A stretch of DNA of 63,273 bases, filler included, from Octopus bimaculoides (Eukaryota): NCBI RefSeq assembly GCF_001194135.2. It is 4 parts of 4 records of this genome, joined end to end, with 100 filler letters (N's around TTAATTAATTAA, not from the genome) between each part and the next. Parts side by side here need not be neighbours in the genome. Positions count along the whole stretch, not along the records: positions 1 to 26,788 come from NC_068997.1; positions 26,889 to 50,914 come from NC_069007.1; 2 more parts are not named here. One strand, given 5' to 3'. This document shows positions 26,088 to 40,166 of this stretch, piece by piece (positions within the stretch are counted from its first letter, which is position 1; every line of letters starts with the position of its first letter). Both the position numbers and the translations under genes were made by a program. The notes under the pieces were generated by a model that was given only the letters and a program-made list of their open reading frames with translations, was not told the origin of the DNA and made no database searches.

Positions 26088-26733
26088 TAGATGGAAATTA
26101 AGCTACTTAACGGAGCGTTTTAGTTTCAAATCTTTGCTGAGGACTGATGAAGAAAAAAAGAAACGGAAAAAATACAACTCCAAAATGTAAAAAAAAAAAA
26201 AAAAAAAGATACAGACCAAAAACATTCTTTCAATTTCCCAAGTGCTCACTAATTAATAAATTTAAGAAAAAGGAACATAATTAACAATAATAAATGTAAT
26301 ATATTCAACTAATAAAGAAAATGTATAAAAAAATTTTAAAAATAAGAAAAATTTCCTCTTCTCCTCCCCACTCCTTATGAAGAAAAGGAAATTTTTAACA
26401 AAATTTGTTATGGTTGTAATCATTCATCACAAATATAAGGACAAAAACCGCATGCACTTGTATACACACATGTAATATAAAATATTTAGATACATATAAC
26501 ATATATATATAATTTAATAAATACAGGATTTAAATGTGAACCACTATGTTTCATGCTCCAATATTACAGTGTTTGAATAAGCTTGTATAACATGCTGTAT
26601 ACAATTGTATAATTTTTCATGTTTATTTTGAGCCTGAAAGATTGCAGGATAGTACGTGGCACACTATATAGGCTCATCCAATTACTGTTCTATTCAAGCA
26701 TGAAACTTATGGTAGCTATAGTGTGTGTTTGTA

Positions 26734-26788
<55 letters not shown>

Positions 26789-26888
26789 NNNNNNNNNNNN
26801 NNNNNNNNNNNNNNNNNNNNNNNNNNNNNNNNTTAATTAATTAANNNNNNNNNNNNNNNNNNNNNNNNNNNNNNNNNNNNNNNNNNNN
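26789..26888. other. Artificial scaffold join: N44-TTAATTAATTAA-N44
   Basis: Exact 100-nt structure with a six-frame stop linker; identical at 50915-51014 and 61904-62003. Confidence 0.95.
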
Positions 26889-26970
26889 TATATATATATA
26901 TTTATACACACGTACATACATATTTAAATATACATATATCTATTAACTGCAGACATCAATACATCATGAA

Positions 26971-27006
<36 letters not shown>

Positions 27007-27350
27007 CATGCCAATATGTGAATAGATAGACAGACAAATACCTACTACATACATGCACTCACTTCCATATATACCCATATACATTTACACATAATTTCTT
27101 TTTATTTTTAAATAATAAAAATTCGCAATAAAGCAACATGAAAAATAAAAAATGGCGACATATTTCGAAATATCATTTTAAAACTTTTACTGAAAAGTTT
27201 CGTGCGCGTTTCTTTAATGTTCGCCCTTAAATTGTATTTCACTTGTTACTGTTGTTGCTTTTCTTTGTGTTGTAATTTTCACTATACAGGATGCAGCTGT
27301 GGATATGGTTATTAAAGTATATATATATTATATATATACACACACACACA

Positions 27351-27394
<44 letters not shown>

Positions 27395-27765
27395 CATATA
27401 TATTTCTATACATATATATATATATATACATATATATGCATATATACGTGTGTATATGTATATATACGTATATATGCATATATATGTACATATATATAAA
27501 TATACATACATACATATTTGTTCTACGTTTGCCTTATTGTTTTATCGCATTTAACTCCGTCGTATGTAGTTTTATAGTTTCATCAAAATTTGTAATATCC
27601 GTTTTTATTCTGCTGTTATTCTTATCGTTATTATTATTATTATTATTGTTATGAGTATTATTCGATGATATATTTTTTCCATATTTTAGCACAATTCAAG
27701 TATTGCATTTATGCACACTCACACACACACTGATACGCACACACAGATACACAGGCATACACACG

Positions 27766-27804
<39 letters not shown>

Positions 27805-27814
27805 NNNNNNNNNN

Positions 27815-27851
<37 letters not shown>

Positions 27852-27950
27852 GCACACATACACAGACATGTGTATATATCTATACACACATATATACATA
27901 CACACACATATATATATACATGCACACATACACAGACATGTGTATATATC

Positions 27951-28014
<64 letters not shown>

Positions 28015-28385
28015 AAAACACGCTCAAACATACATATATATGCTTTTCTAAACATTTACACACGTATTCACAAACAGATAAAAATATTTGCGCCCATAAA
28101 AGCGTATATATTTGTTTATATATGTATGTATATATGTCTATATAGTAATGCATTATATACATTGCCGTGTATGAATATCTACGGCAGAAAGTCGTTCTAT
28201 TTTTTGTGACTGTGAAAATGGTTATATAAACGTATGTCTATATAAATACGTTTGCATAAAACACGTATGTATATAAATTTGCATATAAATACAAATATGT
28301 AAACGTATATGTAGATCATGTTACAGTTATACATACGTATATGATACGCATATAAAATCTATGTGCATAAATGGACCTTTCTGTA

Positions 28386-28429
<44 letters not shown>

Positions 28430-29767
28430 TACATGGGTACAGGATGTCATCAACGGTGCAAACGCCATTCACACGAGAGGTATATACAAGACATGGGCAG
28501 TAATATATATATTTATTTACTTGTTTCGGTCATTGGACTTCAGCCATGCTGGAGCATCGCCTTAAAGGGTGTTAATCGAAGAAATCGACCCCAGGACGTA
28601 TTCTTTGTAAGCCTAGTACTTATTTTATCGGTTCTTTTGACGAACCGCTATTGTTACGGGGACAAACATACCGCCATCGGTTGACAAGCGATGATGGGGT
28701 GGAGACAAACACAAACACACAAATAGACATATATGTGTGTGTGGAGGGTGCTGGCCAGATAGGAGCAATCTCGAGTATAACCAGCCGAAATTGCTAAGAT
28801 AATCTGGAACTCATCTGACGCAAGAAAACGCCGAATGACCCGTCCTTTTTTTTCTTGTCCCATATTTGTATTCCTTTATATATNNNNNNNNNNNNNNNNN
28901 NNNNNNNNNNNNNNNNNNNNNNNNNNNNNNNNNNNNNNNNNNNNNNNNNNNNNNNNNNNNNNNNNNNNNNNNNNNNNNNNNNNNNNNNNNNNNNNNNNNN
29001 NNNNNNNNNNNNNNNNNNNNNNNNNNNNNNNNNNNNNNNNNNNNNNNNNNNNNNNNNNNNNNNNNNNNNNNNNNNNNNNNNNNNNNNNNNNNNNNNNNNN
29101 NNNNNNNNNNNNNNNNNNNNNNNNNNNNNNNNNNNNNNNNNNNNNNNNNNNNNNNNNNNNNNNNNNNNNNNNNNNNNNNNNNNNNNNNNNNNNNNNNNNN
29201 NNNNNNNNNNNNNNNNNNNNNNNNNNNNNNNNNNNNNNNNNNNNNNNNNNNNNNNNNNNNNNNNNNNNNNNNNNNNNNNNNNNNNNNNNNNNNNNNNNNN
29301 NNNNNNNNNNNNNNNNNNNNNNNNNNNNNNNNNNNNNNNNNNNNNNNNNNNNNNNNNNNNNNNNNNNNNNNNNNNNNNNNNNNNNNNNNNNNNNNNNNNN
29401 NNNNNNNNNNNNNNNNNNNNNNNNNNNNNNNNNNNNNNNNNNNATATATATATGTACGATGGGCTTCCTTCTTTTTCCGCCTACCAAATAATATGCTCAA
29501 AGGCTTTGGTCCGCCAGGAGCTATAGGCGGAGACAGTCGCCCAATGTGACACAGTGTGATTGAACCTAAATCCGTGTGGTTGGGAAGCGAGCTTCTTACC
29601 ACGGAGCCACTCTTGTGCCTACAAATTTATAAAATTGGGAAGAAGGCAACGGATTGGCGGACGCCATGAATTTATTATAATATTATTATAGTATTGCATA
29701 CAAATTATGTAATATTATATTAAATATCAAATGATTCATAGTAAATATAAATTAGTAAAATAAATTA

Positions 29768-30096
29768 GTTTCGATTCCCAGACCGGGCGTTGTGAGTTTT
29801 TATTGAGCGAAAACCCCTAAAGTTCCATGAGGCTCCGGCAGGGGATGGTGGCGAACCCTGCTGTACTCTTTCAACCACAACTTTCTCTCACTCTTACTTC
29901 CTGTTTCTGTTGTGCCTGTAATTCAAAGGGTCAGCCTTGTCACACTGTGTCACGCTGAGTATCCCCGAGAACTACGTTGAAGGTACACGTGTCTGTGGAG
30001 TGCTCAGCCACTTGCACGTTAATTTCACGAGCAGGCTGTTCCGATGATCGGATCACCAGGAACCCTCGACGTCGTAAGCGACGGAGTGCCAACAAC
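29768..30096 (+). mobile_element. 5'-truncated SINE family D copy ending in (AAC)n
   Basis: Near-identical to the sequenced parts of 32274-32743; CpGs retained. Confidence 0.85.
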
Positions 30097-30767
30097 ATTT
30101 ATACATAAATTAGGGCGCTGAGGGTAAGTTGTGGCCATGAGGGGGAAGGGGGGCTTTGAGAACCTCTGTTGTAGACATTTACAATTCGAAACTGCTTTTC
30201 TCTTACCTCGCTGATTAATTTACCCCCGCTGTGTTTTCTTTTCCCCCTTATACAGGGTTTGCTTCAATATTCGCTATTTATATTCCTTGTGTTGCTTAAA
30301 TATTATTGTTTTCGTATGTAAAATGAATATTGTTTTGTTTTTTTTTTTTTCTTTCGATGTTTACTTCTTCATAGATATACTGAAGAAAGATAATATTTAT
30401 GTATTTGCATACACAAACACATACAATTATACACTCACACACACACACACACAAACAAACACATATTTAAATATTTATATAAATATTTTGCTGTGTTTAA
30501 TTTTTGTCATTACACGCTTCTTCCTAATGATTTGCGTATGTTTATATATTTATTTGTAAGTATAAACATATATATGTGTATATATATATTTGTGTGTGTA
30601 TATGTATATATGCACACAAGCATACATATATGTATACATATGTGTGTGTTTGTGTATACACACACACAAACACTCATCTAATGTTTGCTTGTGTGAATAT
30701 GTATATATATATATATATATATATGTTTATATATGTATATATATATACATACATACATACACATGTG

Positions 30768-30805
<38 letters not shown>

Positions 30806-31314
30806 CACAAATACACGCATACACACACAAACTTCCGGATTTAATTTTTATTAGATTCTTGTTTATATTTCATGTTTCATTACATTTATCGTTTTGGATA
30901 TTTTTTTCTATTCATATCTTATTTTTATGTAAAAAAAAAATAACATTAAAGACACAAAATATAATCTATACAGTAAACATATCATCGATTTTATTATTAT
31001 TTAGTTTGGTTTTGTTTGGTTCTTCTCCAATTTTCTTCATGTATCTCTCGTATATTATTTGCCTTCCTTTAACTATTCTCTTACACTGCCTTACTTTCAC
31101 TCATTCTCTTATTCGTTTGTTCTCCTATGCTCTTATTCTCTCACTCTCTCTCTCTCTCTCTCCTTTCTTATCTCATTCTATATATTCTATCAAGTATATC
31201 CTAATAGTGTATTCGTTTGGAATATAGGAATGATGTGTATGTATACACTCACACAAACACACTTTCTCACTCACACACACACACACACACACATTCAATG
31301 GAGTATAGGTTCCC

Positions 31315-31530
31315 CACCTGGACGGGAGGCCGGTCAGTCGCAGGTGAGCTGCTAGAGGAAAGAGTGAGAGAAAGTTGTGGCGAACGTGTCAGCAGAAATT
31401 CGCCATTACCTTCTGCCGTGGCCGCCGCGTGGAGCTTAAGTGCTTCGCTCATAAAATAAACACACTGCCCGGTTTGAGATTCGAACCCGCGATCCCTCGA
31501 CAGCGAGTCTGTTGTTCTAACCACTAGGTA
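31315..31530 (-). mobile_element. tRNA-derived SINE related to family D
   Basis: Minus strand ctagtggttagaac...gggttcgaatctc (A/B boxes), then cacaactttctctcactctt shared with family D. Confidence 0.7.
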
Positions 31531-31629
31531 CATATATATTCATTATTTACTTGTTACAGTGATTTGACAGCAGCCAAGCTGGAGCACCGCCTTCAAGAGA
31601 ATTAGACAGAACAACGTGGAGCCTAGGAC

Positions 31630-31990
31630 TTAGAAAGGATTGCAGGAACAAGGCCTGGAATTTTGGGTGAGCGGGGTAGTCGATTACATGGACTCCAGTA
31701 TTCAACTGCTACTCATTTGATCGACATCGAAAGGATGAAAGCAAAATCGACCTTGGTGGAATTTGAACTTAAACGTAAAGACATACTAAATGCTGCTAAG
31801 CATTTTGCCAGTGCCCTAACAATTCAGCAAGCCCCTCGCCTTCAATAATAATGATAATAATAACCCTTTCTACTAAAGGCACAAGTCCAGGAATTTGGTG
31901 GGAGGGGATTAGTCGATTACATCGACCCCAGTGTTTCACTGGTACTTAATTTATTGATTCCGAAACGATGAAAGGCAAAGTCGACCGCTG
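31630..31990 (-). mobile_element. Two SINE family A copies
   Basis: Reverse-complement cores (tcgacatcgaaaggatgaaagcaaaatcgacc; cgaaacgatgaaaggcaaagtcgacc). Confidence 0.8.
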
Positions 31991-32273
31991 GTCTTGTGCC
32001 AAAACTTAAAACCTATACGAAAGCCATTCTGTTTGTTATAATTCTATTTTCCGCTTATTTTTCCAATGGAATGAATCCGATCGAGATTTGAAACCGTTTC
32101 CTGTCGGTTAACAATGTTTTACGCATCAGATGACGCAACATGTTTTCTTTTACAATTTAATCTAGTAACCGAGTGATTTCATATGATCAGAGATCGATCG
32201 AGTGTAACGTTCGAATGGTCGGCACGCTGAGCAAAATGCTTAGCGACGTTTCGTCAGTCTTTACGTTCTGGGT

Positions 32274-32743
32274 GGAGGCGCAATGGCCCAGTGGTTAGGG
32301 CAGCGGACTCGCGGTCATAGGATCGCGGTTTCGTTTCCCAGACCGGGTGTTGTGAGTGTTTATTGAGCGAAAACACTTNNNNNNNNNNNNNNNNNNNNNN
32401 NNNNNNNNNNNNNNNNNNNNNNNNNNNNNNNNNNNNNNNNNNNNNNNNNNNNNNNNNNNNNNNNNNNNNNNNNNNNNNNNNNNNNNNNNNNNNNNNNNNN
32501 NNNNNNNNNNNNNNNNNNNNNNNNNNNNNNNNNNNNNNNNNNNNNNNNNNNNNTAATTCAAAGGGTCAGCCTTGTCACACTCTGTGTCACGCTGAATATC
32601 CCCGAGAACTACGTTAAGGGTACACGCGTCTGTGGAGTGCTCAGCCACTTGCACATTAATTTCAAGAGCAGGCTGTTCCGTTGATCGGATCAACCGGAAC
32701 CCTCGACGTCGTAAGCGACGGAGTGCCAACAACAACAACAACA
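32274..32743 (+). mobile_element. Full-length SINE family D nested inside a family A SINE, with target-site duplication
   Basis: Starts ggaggcgcaatggcccagtggttag and ends (AAC)n; flanked by acgttctgggt (32263-32273) and acgttctgagt (32744-32754); family A resumes after it. Contains an N gap. Confidence 0.9.
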
Positions 32744-33270
32744 ACGTTCTGAGTTCAAATCCGCCGAGACTGACTTTGTCTTTCACCCTACTCAGGTCGA
32801 TAAAATAGACGTGTTTTTACAATGAAACAACTTTAGCCGAGATTAGAAAATGTGTTGCGATCGCCATTTTCCTGGCGGTTTACAGTGATTTTACGTTCTG
32901 CTGCACGCACCATATGACGTGACATATTTTCTTGTACAATTTAATCTGACGACCGAGTGACCTGATGTGAGCAGAGATCGGTCAAGTTTAACGTTAATAC
33001 AAGGCCATCAGCCGTTGCAAAAAGATACGAAGTAAACAGCAGTGAACCACTTGTGCCACCGTTCAAAATCATCAACTACAAAAAGATATTCTTTATCGTC
33101 TCGCCGTGAACTCAGTCGGATTAAAGTGGCTAAATCACTATTCGTTCTTATCTCTATATACATATATACATAGAAACTATATATATGTATATATCTGTGT
33201 GTCTGTGTGTGTGTAGTATGAAGATCAATGCCTTTGATGTTCAAGAGCCACACGCAAACACTTACAAACA

Positions 33271-33308
<38 letters not shown>

Positions 33309-33394
33309 CATACATATATATACACATATATATATATATATACATACATAAATATATACATGCATACATATGTATAAACACATATATATATACG

Positions 33395-33428
<34 letters not shown>

Positions 33429-33524
33429 GAGTGGGAAGAAGGAAAGAGAGAGAGAGAAAACCAGAAACAGAGACAGATAGATAGCTAGGTAGATAGATAG
33501 ATAGATAGATAGATAGATACACAC

Positions 33525-33565
<41 letters not shown>

Positions 33566-34232
33566 ACTATATGTGTGCGTATGTGTGAGAGAGAGAGAGT
33601 GTGTGTGCGTGTTTGGGCCTGTCTCTTCGTATTTGGGGGGACGTGGGAGTTTACCTAAGCTGGTGTTATTACGTTTGTATATGTTTATGACATTATTTGG
33701 GGGTAAAACTTAAGCTTCCTTCCAAGAAATCACTGAATAATGTCAGAAATGTGATTAATTGAAGTTTCCAATGTGAAAAATGACAACTATTTTAACTCTT
33801 TCTACTTTAGTGAAGTACTACTTTTGATAGTACTACTTTTGATAGCTCTCTCTCTCACACACACTGTGTGTGTGTGAGAGAGAGAGTCTGTGTGTGTGTG
33901 TGTGTGTGAGTGTGTGTGTGTATGCCTATATTTGTGTGGGATAGTGTATACACACATGCAGACAAAAAGTTAATATTTTTCTAAGCTGACACTGCATAAG
34001 ACTCTACTTGTTTACGTTACACACACTTGCGCGCATGCACATGCATACACACACATGTGTGTGTGTGTGTGTGTAAATTCATATACATATATATATATAT
34101 TCATATACGTATATGTGTGTGTGTACGTGTGTGTGTACACTAGTGTCTTATACTTATATACTTACATATATAGATAGGTAAATAAATACATACATACACA
34201 CTTGTATAGAGTGCGAGAAAGAACAAGACATG

Positions 34233-34321
<89 letters not shown>

Positions 34322-35333
34322 CTGTATATGCGTGTGTACAAGTGTGTTTGTGCGTGCTTGCGTTTCTATACACGGAGTGCGCTCAAGCTGAATTTACCAT
34401 TCTAGGGTTGACAATTTATTCGAAGTTGAGTTGAGGAATTTACATCATGCTCATTTAATGCGGTTTTTTAAAAATATTTTATTCTTCTATATAATACAAG
34501 ATTCTTTTACTTTCTCGTCAAAGACAGTCGTGTATAGTATAACGGTATTTCATCTTCTTTTGGAACCAACGACACAGTATAACTTCAGAATATACATTAA
34601 GCTAAATTGAACATTCTACGATGTTTCTTATTAAAAAGGTACTTGATTGCAATCTTAAAAAAGATATATTTGATTCTTTTCCTTCTTTATAAAACGGTAA
34701 ATTTTCAGTAATTGAGAAAAGTGAGAAAGGGAAAACTGTTATCTGCAAGTTAAATTCTTCCATGACAATCCTACCTTGCAAAATCCCTATGTGTAGTTAG
34801 ATTTAATGCTTATCTACGGACAAAATTCACAAGACTGACTGTATTGCTATATTCTTTCCGGATGCAGATAAGAATTATATTTTTCAGATCTTTTGGCATG
34901 GTCCAGCGTTGGGTTTTTTTAAATACTTCGAAGCGAACCTGAAAGATCGCTTCGAAATACACGATGTTTTATATAAACCTACCAACTGAACGTATTTCAA
35001 AGCATGAACTGTTACCAGTTCTTTTAAAATAGTGTATATTAAATGATATTGATCTCTCCCTGGATGGAGTATTTTTTGTTGATCCTACGTGTAATGTAAA
35101 TTCAAATTATAAATATATACGTGTGTGTGTGTGTTTGTGTGTATATACATACATGACGGGCTTTCAGTATCTGCCTAAAAAACTCACTTTGATGCCTAAA
35201 ACCACAAATATTACGTAGTTTTTCTTTTAGAATTTTCGTGTAAACTGGCGTTGCAAATGGAGAATGTACGGAAACTTATAATTAAAGATGTGTTAAAGAA
35301 TTTTCCTTGTCTTCTTTTCATTGGTATATATTC

Positions 35334-35382
<49 letters not shown>

Positions 35383-36635
35383 TATATACCTATAAGATAA
35401 TGAAGGGTGAGAACTTAGCCTATATTTTCCGAAGGTGGCGAGATAAACATTTGTCAACGACCGTTTTGGCAGAAATAACGTTGGTATGAATAACCAAATA
35501 TATATATACAGGAAGTTAGCATAGTACGAGAGAGGTAACCTGTTAACAAGCAAGGCAGGTAATCTCGTACTTTCTGTTAAAAGGAGGAGTGGGGAAGACA
35601 GTGGAGCTTGGCGTGGATAGAACCAAAACAAGAGACGGAGCTGCATACGGGTCGGACCGATCACCACCTACCTTGAAACAATTGAAACTGGACGTAATCT
35701 CAATCTATCAACATTTACTTCCCTGTTTGAACACTTTGTTGCTGCGATCAGAAGTTTACCTCTTTTTCTTACATTATAATTTGTCTGATCGTAACAATAT
35801 ATATATATATTAATACCGATTTTGATTTGATACTGATATACAACATATTGTTAGTAATAGGAAAACTAAAAGTTTCATACTATGAGACTAATACTCTGCT
35901 ATTTCCTCGTAATTTTGGTTATAGTTATTGCTTCACCAATCGTCAGTTTTATTCGGTAAATTAACACTACGAAGACTAAGGCTATGGTGGAAACCAGCTA
36001 ATTTGGAAAATAAACCATTATAACATATTAAATTGTCCCTTTCGCATGGAAGAATCGGTAAATTGTATTATATAATGTGATTTGTATCTCTTGGATCATT
36101 AGCTGTTAAACCTATTTCATTCTTTCTTTTAAGGGTGAGAATATAATGTCTGTATATTAACATCAAAATATTAAAGCAACTTCATAAATCGATATTGTAT
36201 TGTTCTCAAGTTGCATGCTAAGAAGGAGCTAATAGCAAAAATATATGAGGAAGGGCCGACCAATTCCTTTTGGGCGAAACTGGTAGCCTGAAAACTCTGT
36301 AGAAATATATCGTATATATACATACAGACAGTTATGTATATACGTGTGTTAGGGAGGGGGGGCTAGCTTTTTTTAATACCTATGTGTCTCTCTGTCTATC
36401 TCTGTCTATCTCCTTCACATTCAATGTATTCTATAGATTTTCTGCTATTTCGTACAAATCTATGTATGCAAATCTATGTATGTAAATATATTTGTTTATG
36501 TCTGTCTGTCTGTATGTATGTATGTATGTATGTAGGGAGGGAGGTAGGTAGGTAGGTAGGTATACGTAAATATTTTTATGTATGTGTGTATATTTTTAAA
36601 TCTATGTATGTAAATATATATATAAATATATAAAC

Positions 36636-36694
<59 letters not shown>

Positions 36695-37315
36695 CATTTA
36701 GGTGTATATATGTAAGTATAATTATGTATGTTAGAAACACTAGATCTTTATTTTCTGCTTTTATTGTCGCTAGAAGAAATTGATTGAGAAAAACTTTGTC
36801 TGGAAAACTCTTTTTCTTGCAAATTACAGTCTNNNNNNNNNNNNNNNNNNNNNNNNNNNNNNNNNNNNNNNNNNNNNNNNNNNNNNNNNNNNNNNNNNNN
36901 NNNNNNNNNNNNNNNNNNNNNNNNNNNNNNNNNNNNNNNNNNNNNNNNNNNNNNNNNNNNNNNNNNNNNNNNNNNNNNNNNNNNNNNNNNNNNNNNNNNN
37001 NNNNNNNNNNNNNNNNNNNNNNNNNNNNNNNNNNNNNNNNNNNNNNNNNNNNNNNNNNNNNNNNNNNNNNNNNNNNNNNNNNNNNNNNNNNNNNNNNNNN
37101 NNNNNNNNNNNNNNNNNNNNNNNNNNNNNNNNNNNNNNNNNNNNNNNNNNNGTGTGTGTGTGTGACTGTGTGGTAAGAAGCTTGCTTCCCAACCACATGG
37201 TTCCGAGTTCAGTCCCACTGCGTAACACCTTGGGCAAGTGTCTTCAACTATAGCCTCGGGGCGACCAAAGCCTTGTGAGTTGATTTGGTAGATGAAAGCT
37301 GAAAGAAACTCGTCG

Positions 37316-37346
<31 letters not shown>

Positions 37347-37399
37347 ATTATGTATGTATCTGTATATCTTAAATTTGTTTACAGGAAACGTTTTGGATA

Positions 37400-37800
37400 T
37401 GAAACATTGCTTTTAATGATCTTATGCGTTCGCAGAATTTCCTTCAGTTTTGGGTCTTTATGGAGTGTTGGGAGATTTTGAACAATGATGTAAAATATCT
37501 CGTTGTTTCTGGGGTTGTATGTGGATGCATAAGCTAGTATTTTCAGAGTATGTGTGTTATTGTGTTCGGCTGTTCGAATGATGGCTTAGCCGGGCGAAAC
37601 TTCGAAGTCACTATCAATACTATTTGAGACTGATGAGCGTTTTAGTTCAGGCACTGCCGATAATGTCATGCAATGGATTAACAAACATCAATATTTGAGC
37701 GCATTCTCATTGAATTCAACATCTATTGCCATCTTTGTACCGTAATCTTTATCGTTAAAGCATTCTCCTTTAAAGAATCTAGTGATGCGAGGGCCGGTGA
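37400..37800 (-). mobile_element. Degenerate Penelope-like retroelement ORF fragment
   Basis: Minus-frame peptides CFNDKDYGTKMA (cf. FNxxxYxQxxGxxMGxKMAP, with a deletion) and STYNPRNNEIFYIIVQNLPTL, interrupted by stops; assignment from memory. Confidence 0.4.
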
Positions 37801-38202
37801 AGGCAGGAGCTATTCTGCTGAGCACCGTGGTACAATCTCCTTGTTTGACAAAATTGCATCGAAGTAAACCCTTAATGATAGTGGGAGAATGCCCATTTTG
37901 CTGCTGACAAAACACCATACCTTCAAATTACTCCTAAATACTGTGCCTGAAAAATTGTCTGAGAAAGTTGAAGTAAACGGGGTCAGTAACAGGACCACCA
38001 AAAAGTAATTGTCCATTTAATATTTTTGAGGATCCGTTGCACCATACTATAGCTCTTGGTGTATCAATATGATGTTCCTCTGTAATATGCGATATCTTAG
38101 GTCCTCAGTAGATATAACTGTGATGGTTAATTGAACCGTTTCACTTCAACAAAGCCTCATCACTTCCCAACTATGCTGGTATGTGTGTATCTTCTCGCAA
38201 AT

Positions 38203-38242
<40 letters not shown>

Positions 38243-38635
38243 ACAGTGGTAGATAGACGGACAGAGACACACAACATCACATAAAAATACAAAAAAAATC
38301 TGGATGATATTTGAAGATAAAAGTTAGTATTATTAAAAAATCAATGCTCATTTGAAGTGATATTAACAATGTTATTTTACAATAAACAGAAAACTGGTCT
38401 CAAATGATGGTATTGTTTTACTGTGTGGCAAATTTGCATCTAAATGACAATAGCGATTATAGTTAGAATAATGTGATTTGAAGTAAATAACTGTATTTTC
38501 GTGGTCGATAAATATAATTCACAGTTATCTTTGTGTTATACAATTTTTGAAGCAAATAAAATCATATTTATTTCGTTATTGATATTTATATATATATATA
38601 TATATATATATACAGACATAAAAACGGACATATAT

Positions 38636-38678
<43 letters not shown>

Positions 38679-38703
38679 CATAAAAACGGACATATAAACA
38701 CAC

Positions 38704-38768
<65 letters not shown>

Positions 38769-40126
38769 CATATACATACATACATACATACATATATATG
38801 TACATACATTGAAACACAGGCATATACACACACATATGTATATAATATATACACACATGTATGTACGTGTGTGTATGTATATATATATATTCCTGTTTTG
38901 CTGTTTCTTTTGTCTCTTTCTTTTCTGTCCTTGTCCTTCTTTCTCTCTTTCTTTCTCTCCTTATTTCCTTTTTCTTTTCCTCCTTCCTCTAACCAAGCCT
39001 CCGGAAGTTTGCCATACACATACACCCACGCATATTCTTTTATTCTCTGACTTGTTCAGTAATTTGACTGCGACCATGCTGGAGTACCGCCTTGAAGATC
39101 TTATACTTGTTATGCCTAGTACTTGTTCTATCTTTTTCTTTTGCCGAACGACTAATTTACAGGGGCATAAACACAAGCATCGGTTGTCAAGCGACTTTGA
39201 GGATGACAAACGCAGACACAATGACACACACTCATAAATATATATATATATTCCTGTTTTGCTGTTTCTTTTGTCTCTTTNNNNNNNNNNNNNNNNNNNN
39301 NNNNNNNNNNNNNNNNNNNNNNNNNNNNNNNNNNNNNNNNNNNNNNNNNNNNNNNNNNNNNNNNNNNNNNNNNNNNNNNNNNNNNNNNNNNNNNNNNNNN
39401 NNNNNNNNNNNNNNNNNNNNNNNNNNNNNNNNNNNNNNNNNNNNNNNNNNNNNNNNNNNNNNNNNNNNNNNNNNNNNNNNNNNNNNNNNNNNNNNNNNNN
39501 NNNNNNNNNNNNNNNNNNNNNNNNNNNNNNNNNNNNNNNNNNNNNNNNNNNNNNNNNNNNNNNNNNNNNNNNNNNNNNNNNNNNNNNNNNNNNNNNNNNN
39601 NNNNNNNNNNNNNNNNNNNNNNNNNNNNNNNNNNNNNNNNNNNNNNNNNNNNNNNNNNNNNNNNNNNNNNNNNNNNNNNNNNNNNNNNNNNNNNNNNNNN
39701 NNNNNNNNNNNNNNNNNNNNNNNNNNNNNNNNNNNNNNNNNNNNNNNNNNNNNNNNNNNNNNNNNNNNNNNNNNNNNNNNNNNNNNNNNNNNNNNNNNNN
39801 NNNNNNNNNNNNNNNNNNNNNNNNNNNNNNNNNNNNNNNNNNNNNNNNNNNNNNNNNNNNNNNNNNNNNNNNNNNNNNNNNNNNNNNNNNNNNNNNNNNN
39901 NNNNNNNNNNNNNNNNNNNNNNNNNNNNNNNNNNNNNNNNNNNNNNNNNNNNNNNNNNNNNNNNNNNNNNNNNNNNNNNNNNNNNNNNNNNNNNNNNNNN
40001 NNNNNNNNNNNNNNNNNNNNNNNNNNNNNNNNNNNNNNNNNNNNNNNNNNNNNNNNNNNNNNNNNNNNNNNNNNNNNNNNNNNNNNNNNNNNNNNNNNNN
40101 NNNNNNNNNNNNNNNCACACGCACAC

Positions 40127-40166
<40 letters not shown>

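Noticed and set aside
26833-26844. TTAATTAATTAA palindrome, also at 50959-50970 and 61948-61959
   Set aside because: Assembly linker between exact 44-N pads; not biological.
32274-32350. tRNA-like sequences (also 31455-31530 and family A/B heads)
   Set aside because: SINE heads with A/B boxes continuing into SINE bodies; not tRNA genes.
34927-34956. 10-bp hairpin ttcgaagcga/tcgcttcgaa
   Set aside because: Short and isolated, with no supporting context.
12570-38110. Other CUGANGA words (about 12578, 17025, 18871, 26144, 35941, 37631, 38102)
   Set aside because: Each was checked by hand; none has correctly placed GAAA/UH with helices I-III.
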